DNA from: Ministeria vibrans ATCC 50519
Lineage: Eukaryota; Protista; Filasterea
Length of the DNA: 64,000 nt
Assembly (NCBI GenBank): GCA_943704425.1
Contig: CALSCP010001679.1
Span: forward strand, 35,813 to 99,812
Reading direction: 5' to 3'
The notes under the pieces were generated by a model, which was not told the DNA's origin, ran no database searches, and was given only the letters and a program-made list of their open reading frames with translations. The position numbers were made by a program, and so were the translations under genes. This document shows, piece after piece, positions 50,926 to 62,735 of the stretch (its first letter is position 1; each line of letters starts with the position of its first letter).

Positions 50926-53900
50926 TCAACTCTCTGGGTCCGTTCCGTACTCACTCTCGTCGGTGCTGAAATTCACATCGAGCAACGGCGCACTCAGCTC
51001 TTTCTTGACGACGTCGGCATACGTGAGCGGACACAACACTCCCTCTGCGTCTCCCACCGCCTCCTCCCCCTCCTTTGTGTTCTCGTCCACTTTCTCTGTC
51101 GGCATGGATGTGTTGCGTATCGTCTCAACACTCGCACGAATAGGACGGGGCAGGCAGAAGCGGAATGGGTAAAGGAGACGCGCAAGACGGAGGGTCTCCG
51201 ACGAGTCCTGGAGCACGTCGCGCGCACAGCGAAATGCCTCGAGAAAGTGCGACATGTCACTCTGAAAGCACTCAGTGGTCAGTTTGTCGGGCGACGAGAG
51301 GGTAAAGAGCAAATTGGAATAGTGCATAACATAGCGACGGGTCGCAGTCAGACGCAGAGTGGCATCGACCATCAAGTGGCGCACAGTCGAGCGCAACAGG
51401 TCATTCTGCGCAAACCGCAGTCCGTCAAAGGTCAACAATGACTCCTCCACTAGCCCAAAGAGCAGTTCTTCTGTCTCCTCCACAGGCAGCGCAAAGACCG
51501 AGGCAGCCGCACACGGGTCAAACGGAGTGGCAAAGATCGAAAGAAGCATCATGGAACTCTGAACGAGAGAGAGAGTCAGTATATCACGAGATCGATGAAA
51601 GAGTGAAAAGGACCTTTTGCTCTTGTTCGAGCAGATTGAACGTCTCAATGAGCCCAATGGATTCGGCGAGTTTCGCTTTGGGGTGATCTGCAGACTCATC
51701 GGGCGCACTGAGGCGCGCAAGAACACCCTCAATGCGACTGAGTGAGAGGCGTTTAAGCTGCGAGCTGAGCACACGAATGGCAAGTGGGAGGAAAGACGCA
51801 GCACGAGCAAGTTGGAGGGACAGCGAAGCAGTTAGGGATGGTAGGAAATAATGCACGAGCGACAGACTAGTAAAAGTGATGGAGAAGGGAAAACGAACAG
51901 AGAGAGAGAAAGAGAGAACGTGATGGAATTGAGTAAGTGATTGACTAAAGTGTGTGTTTTTCTACCTTGATTCCTCTGATAGCTCACCAATTCGCCTAAA
52001 CCACACACACACAAAAAAAAAAACAATATTAAGCAAAAAATAATAATAACGATAACTTTGGTACAGATTGAGTGCGTTTGGCGCAAAAGACTCAATTTCA
52101 ATGCGACGCCGCGATGTCACCAACACAAGAGCATCGTGTGCGCGCGGAAGAAGATCCTATGTTGACACACAACATTCATCATCAAACACCAAAAAAATTA
52201 TTATGGTCAAAGTGCGTGACTCTTACAGTGACAAGAGAGAGATTGGAACAGTTTTCAATCACAAGAATTGAACGTTTTCCGCTAAACACGTGGTTGTATT
52301 CAGAGCGAATATGCCCACTGTCCTTTCGATCAATGTGCTACAAGAGAGAAAATTCAATTCGATAAATTAAAACTTGATTCGTTTGATCACTTGTTTTACC
52401 TTTTCCGGGAATTTGGTGTGAATAATAATCGTCATAGCGTCTTCAATGGATAAATACTGGAGCAAAGATAGAGAGAGAGAGAAAGGAAGGAGAAAGAAAC
52501 AAAGTGATAAAGAGAGAGAGAAAGAAAGGAAGGAGAAAGAAACATAGATAGAGAATAAGTAGTTAATCTATTGCAAAATCGACAAAATTAAAAGACGAAT
52601 AATTTAATGTACTTTGTCGTTTTCAAACCCTTTGAGACTGACAAAGAGCCAATTGTGCGGGAAAATGGGTCTGAAACGCTCAGCCAATCTCTGAGCGAGA
52701 GCGGATTTACCCGCACCGGCAGGACCAAAGAGACAGACCACGTGACAGCTCACGCGCGAAGACGAAAAGACGCGCTGTTCAATCAACTAACAGACAGCAA
52801 CAGAAAAGTAAGAAGGGATAAGGAACAACAAAAAGAGATAGAGGAAGGCAGGGAGGGAGAAGAATCGTAAAGGAAGAGAAAACAAACGAGAAAGCGTGAG
52901 GGTCAAAATTGGCACAATAATGAAACACACAAAGATAAATTAATACTACTAATCCTACATGACAATCAGGTAGATAGAAAAAACTTTACACGTAGTATTG
53001 TAAAATGACAACCCGGCATAAAAAGGGGGTTTGTTTGTACCTTAATTTCGGATTCTCTGCCAACCAATTCCGGCGAGACAATCTCAGTGTCCTCATTCGC
53101 ACTTGCGTTGACTTTCCACGCGCGAGACAGTCTCTCTTGCACAAGTGACACATCTAGTACCTGAAATAGCCAATAATTAAAGAGGCTTCTGACGCTTCGG
53201 TGGATCAGATTGTGCTCTCACTTCAACAGAGCCGTCGCGTTTGATGAATGCGTGTCCTGTGTTGTTGAAGTAGACGGGCGAAATTCCCTTCGAGACATGA
53301 ATCTCGAGAACAAAGAAGTCCGGTTGGTCGTCTGCGTTGTACTCGCGACGTCCCTTGCGCTGCTGCTGCTGGTGGTGCTTGGACGACGCAACTTCGTCAA
53401 TGTACATCTCAATCTCGTCGTCGTGTAGTCGTGCGCCTTTGCGTCCCTTTTTGCTTTTGATTGGGGATGTGGGTGATCGAGCTTGCTGGGGATGGTGGGA
53501 TCGTTGTACAGGTACAAGGCGGACGCGCAACAATGACGGATCAACCTACAACAGAGTCTGCACAGTGAACTTATCACTGGAGTTTCATACCTGAGGACGA
53601 AACTGCCCAATCTACAAAAGCGAATGCAACAAATGAGTCCAACGCACCCCCAATCGGTTGCCAGTGCACCCAAGTACCTGTGAGTCGATAGTCAAGTGGA
53701 TGTCGTCGCGCTGCTTGCGCGTAAGCAGCATTCCGCGCACAACGCCATTGTCTACACACCACACGAACTCACATCGACCAAACACCCACTAAGCACCACA
53801 TTCCGCGCACCTTCAATGCCGCAGTACAACGTCCCGCCGTCCGTATTCTACAAAGACGCCCCAGGAGTCAGCCGCAGTGCCGTGGGAGCGCACAGAGAGC

Positions 53901-54055
53901 GTACGAGAAAGGCATTGACATATTTCTTGACGTGCACAGCGACAAGACCCGACGTGCACCGCTTGAACTCATGGTACCGGTCCTCCTCCATCACCACTCG
54001 CTCCCCTTTGACATAGAAATCACGTTCGTCCATAACGACAAAAATTAGGAGAAAG

Positions 54056-54089
<34 letters not shown>

Positions 54090-54820
54090 GGCTGACACGA
54101 GAAAAAAAAAAGGAAGAATAAGGAGTGAGACGTACGGATGGGGTCAGCGGGGAGGGAGGGGGGTAAGAAGTCGTGGAGGAAGTGGTGGTCCAAGTCCATG
54201 GGGTCGGGGTGGTCGGGGGCGGACAGGGGCGGACTGGCTGCCGCTGTCGTCGGGTTGGAGACGGAGCTGCGTCGGGAGCCAAAGCTCGACGGCGTCTCGT
54301 CGTGCGAGCAGCCCGCCGTCCATGCCCGCACGTCGCTCATCCGGTCGCACCACGACGCTACACCATCCCGTTAGTATTGCGCAGCCGATGAGTCACGCGA
54401 TGAGAAACGCTTTAAAAAAAATTTTTTTTTCACACACACACACAGAGACAGAAGGAGACGCAACAACCACTCGGACTCCATACCGGTCTGTAGCATAGTG
54501 GTCCAGTACGCAGGGGCTGACGTGCTATCCGTGAAGGCGCCTTTCCTTCGTTTCTATAAGCAGAGTGTTTAATATATTCAGCGTGTCGCATTTTTTTTTT
54601 TTTTTTTGAAAAAGCAATGAGGAGAGCGTACGGAGAGGGAATGAGGGAGGGAGGCAGGATCGACATCTTCGGGGGCAGCATCGTCGAAGGTAGACGAGCG
54701 GCGTTTGTGCGAGCGACGGCACGAGATGGAGATAGGGAGACTCGAGCCAAAGGCGGGCGCGCGCTCTTCGGGCGGCGATGCGGACGTCCACGAGCCGCTC
54801 GAGGGCGAGGGGGTATCCAT
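50926..54820 (-). CDS. Schlafen (AlbA_2, SLFNL1-type) domain fused to a STAND/NB-ARC NTPase, multi-exon
   Basis: EEDRYHEFK..KYVNAFLNTDGGTLYCGIEDNGVVRG..FRPQV..VLEIHV..AFIKRDGSV. Then LVGRESE, GPAGAGKSALA (Walker A), FSGKRSILVIEN (Walker B), DLLP..VLVTSR, FLPLAIRV, FNLL..F..PFD. Includes a 21-nt microexon at 53591-53611. Confidence 0.85.
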
Positions 54821-54964
54821 GGAGGGCGCGGGGGGAGGGCTGTGGTGGACGGGTCTGTGGCTTGGTTGAGGCGATGGGGAGACAATATTTGATTGAAATA
54901 AGGATTCATTTATTTGGGATTTTGGGTCGAATGACAAATTATTATTGATAAAGGTTGACGATTT

Positions 54965-54995
<31 letters not shown>

Positions 54996-55168
54996 TAATA
55001 ATAATAATAATAATAATAATAATAGTGTTATAATACGGCGGTCTATCCGCTGTCGGTGGAAGTATTGTGCTGCTCAGCCTGCTCTTTGTTTTGTACACGT
55101 TTTGTATGAACAGTATAGTACAATCTTACTTTTTTTCGTATTATAGAATACAATAATATTATTATGAT

Positions 55169-58100
55169 TTACATCCATTTGTGGGCATACGACGTGGCAA
55201 GTTTGGACCAAGAAGAGACGGCGGAGCCCTTTGAAGAGGAAGCAGATGTCGCATCGCATACCGTCGAGATAACTTCGGATCGCTCTTCCGGACTAAACTT
55301 GAGCAGCTCTGCCAGCACTGGCACCACTGCCGGTCGTCCCTTGGCATCCAATGCAAACTTCAACACCACATTCTGAAAAATAGAGAGAGAAATAAGGGAG
55401 ACAAGCAAACAAAGTGAGTGAGAGAAAGAAAGAAAGGAAGGAGAAAGAAAGAAACAAGAGAGAAACAAAGTGATGGGAAAGAATCAAGATTATACAAAAG
55501 GGAATGAGAAAACCAATGATCGAATAGTGAAATAAAATACTATAATTATATTATTACCTTGAGATACTCAAGGTTGACCGACTCCTCTTCGCGCTTGGCA
55601 TTGCGCTCGAGGCGACGAATCTCCTCCTTGAGAACCTTCTCCTGCATCAATGCACGCCCCACATCTTGCTCATACTCATGGACCATTTCCCGCAGTCGCG
55701 CAATTTCCTCCCGCTCAGCCTCCGCCAGAGCCGCAGTGCCCTCATCATCGAGCCTTGTGCTACTCTGAGCTGAGTCGCGTCCTGTGCCATTGCGTACACC
55801 CTTTGTGAGCAGACGCGAAAGGAACACAGATGGGTTGAGCACAGCACCAGACAAGCGCGTGCTCTCCTGCGTCTCCGGCTCACGCCCACTTGTATCGTGC
55901 TCCTCCGCACTCGACTCAGATTCTACCCCACCCTTCTTCTTCTCCACACTCTGCTGCTGTCTCAATCGCTCCTGATCCCTCAACCGCTCCAACTGCTGCT
56001 GCAAGTCCACCGCCTCACTGCGCATCTTCCGCACAAGCTCACCCGAACGCGTCTCCCGCTCCACAGCCTTGGCCTCGGCTGCCGTCACGCGCGCCCCCAT
56101 TGCCGCCAACTCAGTCGCACGCGCACTCAATTCTCCTTCCATCTCGTGCATTCGCGTGCGATACTTGCCAGCCGCACTCTCACTCGTCACAACAAGTGCC
56201 TCGCGCGCTCGCACGGCCTCGTCCCGCTCTCGCTCCGCCCGCGACACCCGTTCCTCCACCTCCTCCTCGAGTGCCACCAGTCGCTCGCACGTTCGCTCCA
56301 GCTCCCCTCGTGTCACCGCCACTTCATTTTCCAACTCCCGTACGCGCCCCGTCGCCGCCACAAGTGCCTCAAGTGAGGTGCGCGACGTAGACGACAATGG
56401 TGTCGACGGTGCACTGCCAGACTCCACCACCACGACGCGTGTTGCCTCTCCCTCCGTCTCCACTGCCGCCTCCTCCACAACCGAAATGGTCTCGGCGTCC
56501 CGCTGTCGCTTAAGCACTGCCTGAGCTCGCACCTGGTAACTGCGGTACTCCTCACGGACCCCGTCGAGCTCCTCTTGCACCTCCGTTGCGCGTTTCCGAG
56601 CGCTCCGCGCACCCAACTCGGCCGACTCCAATTGCACCTGTAGCTGCGCTGTACTCTCAGCCGTCGTCACACGCAATACATCATACTCCTCACGCACCCG
56701 CTCATACTGCTCACGCGCCTCTGTTGCACTCGTCTCCATCACCGCCATCTTGCCTTTGAGGTCATCCACTTCCCGTTTGAGTCGCACGAGCAGGCCGCGC
56801 ATTTTCGCTCCCTTGTCCGTTGTCTCCACATGCGCTGCAGTCTCTCCCGCCAACTTCTCCCGCAACACCCGTGCCTCCCCCTCCGCCGCATCACATGCAC
56901 TTGTCTTTGCCGCCAACTGCGCTGCAAGCGCCTCGACACTCCTCGAGGCGTCCTCCAACTCCAACTGCAACATCGACTGTGCACTCTGCACGCTGCTCGC
57001 CTGTCCTTCTTTCTCCCTTTCTAATTCCCCAATGCGTCGCGCGCTCACCTCCAACTCAGCCACAAGCGTTTCCACTCGTGCCTCAAGTGCACCACACTCG
57101 CGCATTTTCTCCTCCACACTGCCCTCCAGTGTCCCCACAAGTCGCTCGGCCGTCGCAGCGCGTTCCTCTATAGCACTTGAAACAGCTTGGGTCTCGTGCA
57201 TCGCCCGCTCGTGCGCCTCACTCGTCTCTTCCAGCTCGCGCACTCGCGTACGTAAAAGCCCAATTTCTTCTTCAGTGGGCGCCACACTAGTTGTGAGTGG
57301 AGTCTCATCGACTGTTCTCCGGTCACTCAGTTGCGCCTCCAGCTCTGCAATGCGCGACTCGCTCGTCTGCTGTTCTTCCTCAAGTCGCGCCTCTAGCTCT
57401 GCAATGCGCGAATCACTCGTCTGTCGTTCTTCCTCAAGTCGTGCCTCCAGCTCTGCAATGCGCGACTCGCTCGTCTGCTGTTCTTCAAGTCGCGCCTCCA
57501 GCTCTGCAATGCGCGAATCACTCGTCTGTCGTTCTTCCTCAAGTCGTGCCTCCAATGCAGCAACGTCCCCAACACTCGCCAACAGTCCCTCTTTGGCGCG
57601 CGTCGTTTGGGCCTCGGCAGTCGTGAGCGCCTCTTGCAGAGCAATGAGAGCCGCACCGTCGTGTTCGATCGCACCGTCGCCCTCCGCTTCCTTCTCCTCG
57701 ACAGGCGATCTCCTTTGCAGGGCCTTAATTTCATCCTGCAATGCCGCAATCTTCTCTTCGGCAGCTGTGGCAGCTGTGGCAGCAGCAAGCGTGGTACTGG
57801 CAGCGAGTGCCTGTGACTGGGCGAGCGACTCTTCGAGGTGCTTGATGCGATGCGCATCCTCAACCTGCTCTGCTGCGGCCGCCTCAAGACGTTCGACGGT
57901 CTCTTGGCGAAGCCTCCGCTCCGACTCAAGCTCGGCGCTCTTCTCTTGCAAGTCGCTCTTTGTGTTGGCCAGAGTTTGCTTCAGCGTGAGCAGTGCACGC
58001 TTCATTTTCGCATTGAGATCATTGACGCGTGTTAGTTCTGCGTCCGGCACTGTTGCGTCAGCTGTCGTTGTAGTTGTAGGGGTAGCGGAAGGATGAGAAG

Positions 58101-58632
58101 AAGAGGACGAGGCGGCGCTTGGCGGTGGCGTAGCGTGCTCGAGAGAAGCACATCGCGCGGTGGCCTCGTCGTACTTGACCTTGAGCTTTTGCAGCATGAG
58201 CGTTTGTCGTCGAATGTGCGCATGCAGTTCTTCTTTGGTGCTGTCGGCGCCCGGTCCGCCAGAGCGGCGCAGCGATGACGAGGCGGGTGAGACGGGTGCA
58301 GACTGTGGCACAACAGCCTGTGGCGTACGGCGGCGCGGTGGTGTAGCGGCGTGGGGGCGAATGGGATGGAAGCCATCGTCGTCGTCGTCGTCGTCGTTGT
58401 CCTTCTTGTCGCCCTTATCGCGGTTGCCGTCGTCATGGGCGCTCTTGGCAGCCACGTCCGCGTGCGCATTGCTGTGGCCCTGCGTCACGCCAATGGCTGG
58501 CGGGGGAGCGTGGGCGGGCTCGTCATCATGGGTGGGTTTGGCCATGTTGGATTTCGTCGCTTTGCTTGGCGACACTGCCCCATCAATGTCTTTCTCGACG
58601 TCTCGCAATGCATCTCGAATTGCCGAGAACAT
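55169..58632 (-). CDS. GCC2: GRIP-domain golgin (GCC185-like)
   Basis: Long coiled coil; EEYRSYQVRAQAVLKRQ; C-terminal GRIP VNLEYLKNVVLKF..VVPVLAELLKFSPEE. Confidence 0.82.
57330..57556 (-). repeat. In-frame coding tandem repeat (~4 x 51-54 bp; TS[DE]SRIAELEARLEEE[RQ]Q)
   Basis: Visible in both the DNA and the translation. Confidence 0.9.
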
Positions 58633-58829
58633 TGTTAAGCCAAGAGGCAAAAGCCAGAAAGATTTGATCATTGATGAATGATGATCAGCAATCGTCTCAC
58701 TCTCACTTTAACAGTTGACTCTCCGTTTTAGTCTTCTACTTCTTTTTCCCCCCTTTTTTGAGCTTACTGCTTCATTTTGCAGTTCTTGCCTTTTTTTTTC
58801 GATCGAGTCGCTTGGAGGTCAAAACAGCC

Positions 58830-59728
58830 ATGAGCGATCACGAAGGGGATGTAAGTGCTTGGCGTTGACTGGTCGTTTGCTCACCTCCCGCCCTTGCCTC
58901 CCCTGCCCTTTCCTGATGTGTAGGGCAACGCAGAGGAGCATGAAAAGTACGACTACTCTGCCCTTGGCCGGCATCGCTTTAAAATCGAGGTAGGCTGACG
59001 CTCAACACAAAAACGTCGTTTGATGCTGTTTTTTTTTCTCCCTTCCTTTTTTTTTTTTTCTCTTCGTTCGCAGAAACTCATGAAGAACATTGAGAAGCCC
59101 GTGTTTATTGCCGAACAGAGAAAGCCCAAGGAAGGGGGTATCCTGGCGCCGCGTGAGAACCGCAATGTTCAAGGTAGGATTAGCAAAGGGAAAAGAGAGA
59201 GACAGAGAGAATGTGTGTTAGTGTGTTTGTGTGTCTTAATTCATTGTGTGTATATGTTCTGTGTGTAGGATCAACTGCGGGTGCTGGCAGTGGCGAGTTT
59301 CATGTGTATCGACAGCTGAGGAGACGCGAACAGGCTCGTCAGGGGTACATGAGACATCAGACGATGGTGGAGGAAGCAGACCAGAAGTTTGAAGAGAAGC
59401 GAGCAGCGATTCAAGCGCAGGAGGTACCCATTGGCCTACTTGTGCACTGTTGGTCTTGACACGTTTCTTGTGACGCGCGTAGGAGTATGCACGAGCAAAG
59501 AAGCGACTGAAGCGTCAAAGAAAGAAACAGGGCAAGCGGAAGGGTGGCAAAGGGAGCGGAGAAGGAGAGGACGACGACGATGATGATGATGATGAGGACG
59601 GAGCCGATGGTGCGGGTGCGTCGAAGCGGAAACGATCTGAGGGGGGAGCAGACGGTCGTCGTGATGATGGCGATGACGATGATGGTGGGGCGGTCCACGA
59701 GCAAGTGTTTACTATTCAGAGAAAGTAG
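58830..59728 (+). CDS. PRKRIP1: PRKR-interacting protein 1 (DUF1168, spliceosomal), multi-exon
   Basis: [39 protein letters not shown], followed by a basic/acidic tail. Confidence 0.92.
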
Positions 59729-60074
59729 AAAAAGAAGCGAATGTAAAAGTTGTTAATTGTTTTGATCATATCATCCTTATAGCTGTTCTCTCTTCTATCT
59801 ACGTCTGAGGAGTTCTCACTGGCATTTACATAAGTTAACTCAATTTATGGAGACATTAGGTTAATAATTATTTTTCATCATCCACATTGACTGGAGCAAC
59901 GCAAAACACAAATGGGGCAAATCAGGACATTTTTCAATGCACCCATCATCGTAATAAGAACCCAGCGTTAACCGGCAAATTTAAATATTTCGCACAACAA
60001 TTATTCAATCAATCAAAAATATAATTATTATTCGAAATTGAACTGAAACTTTTTCTCACTTCTTTTTATTCACC

Positions 60075-60945
60075 ATGGACATGGACGGTATCAGTGCTGC
60101 GGCCGATAGCCTGGCAAAAGAATTTGCCGAGCAGAAGGTACTGTTGGAGCGCGAAATGCGATTGAGAGAAGTGCTCAAGGTGAGAACGACGAAAGAACGA
60201 CACGAAAACGACAAGCAATCCATTAATCAAAAAGTAATCCATCCATGCGTCTAATGGGGTGGTGCTCTAGGTTAGAGTTGCTCTGAATGAAAAGAAACTG
60301 GCGGAAATCAAGGTGATTACTTCTTTTTTCTCTCTCCATTAATATATTCTTTGACTCGCCGCCAAAATTCTCGTTGCATTCATATACTGCAGATTGAAAA
60401 CGCTCGCATCGAGTCAGCGTGTCTTCAGAGCGTCTCCGATTGTGAGGCACTTGCTCTTGAAATCAAAGAGCACCTTGATGAAATTGAGCAAAAGACCCAA
60501 GCGATTGCAACGCAGCGAAGTTTGCAGCGACGAGACGAAGAGTTGAAAAATCGACAGAGGTACCACAATTGCAAAAAAAAAAAAAGCACAGCAAACACAC
60601 AAAAAATAGTTGGGTAGATACACTCTTTACTAATTGCGTTACAAAAGAGGCTACGCGGTTCTTCAGGAAAAGATTCGGATGCACGCGCAGGAGCGACTGA
60701 AAACAAGCCAAAAGCTGGCGTGTGAGAGTGCGGCAGTCGCAACCGCGCAGGCGCGACTGGACCAAACGCGTTCGCTGTTTGCTTTGCTTCCGCAAAAGGC
60801 GCAGCAGTCGTTGGAGGACGATATTTCGACGCTCGACGCGTGTGTGATGCTGCTGGTCGACGAAAAGAGCGATTTGGAGCGACAGACGGCGTTTCTCAAG
60901 ACAGAGTGTGCGACGCTCTTTCAAAAGTTAAAAAGTCGCCGATAA
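60075..60945 (+). CDS. Uncharacterised coiled-coil protein, multi-exon
   Basis: ATG in a CACC context (MDMDGISAAADSLAKEFAEQK), GT-AG junctions and heptad-rich exons. No diagnostic motif recognised. Confidence 0.6.
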
Positions 60946-60956
60946 TTGGTGCATTG

Positions 60957-62463
60957 TTACAGAAGGGAAAAGCGGATTTGCAGTGAAACATGATCAGAGG
61001 GGATGTGTTCGTTTGGTGCGGGACCGTATGGAATCAATTGACTGAGACGCAGAAGGCGACGAGTCTGGTAGGAGGAATAAATAGGAAAAGGCTGTTAGCG
61101 ATGCACAAGTATAATATTAATTATAAACAGTTTGTTGTACGTGAGTGATGCGAAGCGAGGGCGACAAAAGTGCATAGTCGACGTAGCGAGCGTCTTCGGG
61201 GGAGATAAACGTGGTGACGGGCGGGTCTGGGTCATCGTAAGCGGGGACGGGGTAGGCCGAGCGAAGTGGAGAGAGGGCCAAGGCGCCTGCACGTGCGTCG
61301 ACGTGATCGCCGTGAAGACCAAGCGTGCGGAAGTGTGCTGTAAGGTCCTCCTACACACACATATATATACAAGGGAATGTCTGAGAGAAGAGGATCCTTG
61401 ATTGGTGCAACAAAGTGTTGTACCTGACGAACAATTTGACGAGCTGAAAGCTCCGCCTGTGTGTGGTGTCCCGAGAAGAGAGCACGGATGGAACCGATGT
61501 ACTCAAAGGAACCTTCCGTGATGAGTTGATACAGAGGCGAGTGGGCGACAATATTAAAGTCGCCACACAACATCTGATGGGGGGTTTCATGGGCGGCGGC
61601 GATTTCGTCAATGGCCGCGCGCAGACGAACGTACTGGAGCAACTTGATGTCGCCCCGTCGTGGATTGTACAGAAGATGGGTGGTTGCCAGCACAAGTGGC
61701 GGTGTCGATGGAGGCATCTGGCGGTCGCGTAGAACCACAGCAAGAGCAACGTTCTCGCGCTGCAAATCATCGGGTAATGCCTGAAACAAGTTCGAGAGAG
61801 AGAGAGAGCAACGTTGAGTAGGAAATTAAGAGTGACGCAAGGTGTGCCATACTTCAGAGCCGAGCCAAATAGAGTGGTGCGCGACAAGATCAAAGCGCTC
61901 GGGGCGGTAGAAGATGGCACAGCCGTCGGGTTTGTCGCCGTGACGATTGTAGTGCAGGCCGACAAAGCCACGTCGTCCCAGCATCGGTTCAAACCAACGC
62001 TGAAACGCACCCTCTTCGCACTCTTGCAAACAGACGACATCGGCCCGTGCGTCGATGATGTCGCGCAGCAGAAGGCGGCGGCGGTTGTTCCAAGCCAAGT
62101 TGTCGCGTCGCGTGTGCGTGTACAAGAAGCGATGATCTTGCAAAAGCCGATCGCTCAGAACATTCAGCGACACGAGTGTCGCCGGCCGATCGACCGCGTG
62201 TGTCCGCGGCTCTCGCGACGGCACCCACTGGCGTCTGAGTTCGACAGGGACGGGATCGGGCGGGGGACGTGCTCGTCGCGCCATTTGCTCAAACCCTTCT
62301 CGTCCCAACGGTGCCACCTGGTGCAGTAGCCGGCGCGATCCCGTGCAGCGTCTAGCGAAGTGCTGAAGAGACAATATCGTGTTTGAGGAAGAGAAGACTG
62401 GACTCACATGAGTGAGTACTGAGTGATAAAAGTCACATCGCACTCACACTGCAAACCACTCAT
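60957..62463 (-). CDS. ANGEL: ANGEL-like CCR4/EEP-family phosphatase, multi-exon; start uncertain
   Basis: LVSLNVL..LY..LAWNNR..ADVVCLQE, DGCAIFYR, THLLYNPRRGDIKLLQ, LCGDFN, VDY, C-terminal PNEHIPSDH. Confidence 0.87.
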
Positions 62464-62735
62464 CAGTGTCGAATGTGTATTGACGTGCACAGCCACCACA
62501 TCCGAATAACACCCATTACCACATATGCCACCAATACGATTAGCGTGTATCTGTGGCGCGATCATTCATCGACCATGCGATCTCCCATCACATCGCATTC
62601 GTCACTAAAAAAAGACTCAGTCGAAGAATGAATAAAAACAAAAGAAAAAAATCGATTCACCATTTTTCGTCTCTCGAACACAATTGGACTTCACCCTTCG
62701 CCAACGGTCCTCAACGGATTTCACAACACTTCACA

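Noticed and set aside
58830-59728. PRKRIP1 as part of the antiviral gene set
   Set aside because: Despite its name it is a broadly conserved spliceosomal factor, so its proximity is probably incidental.
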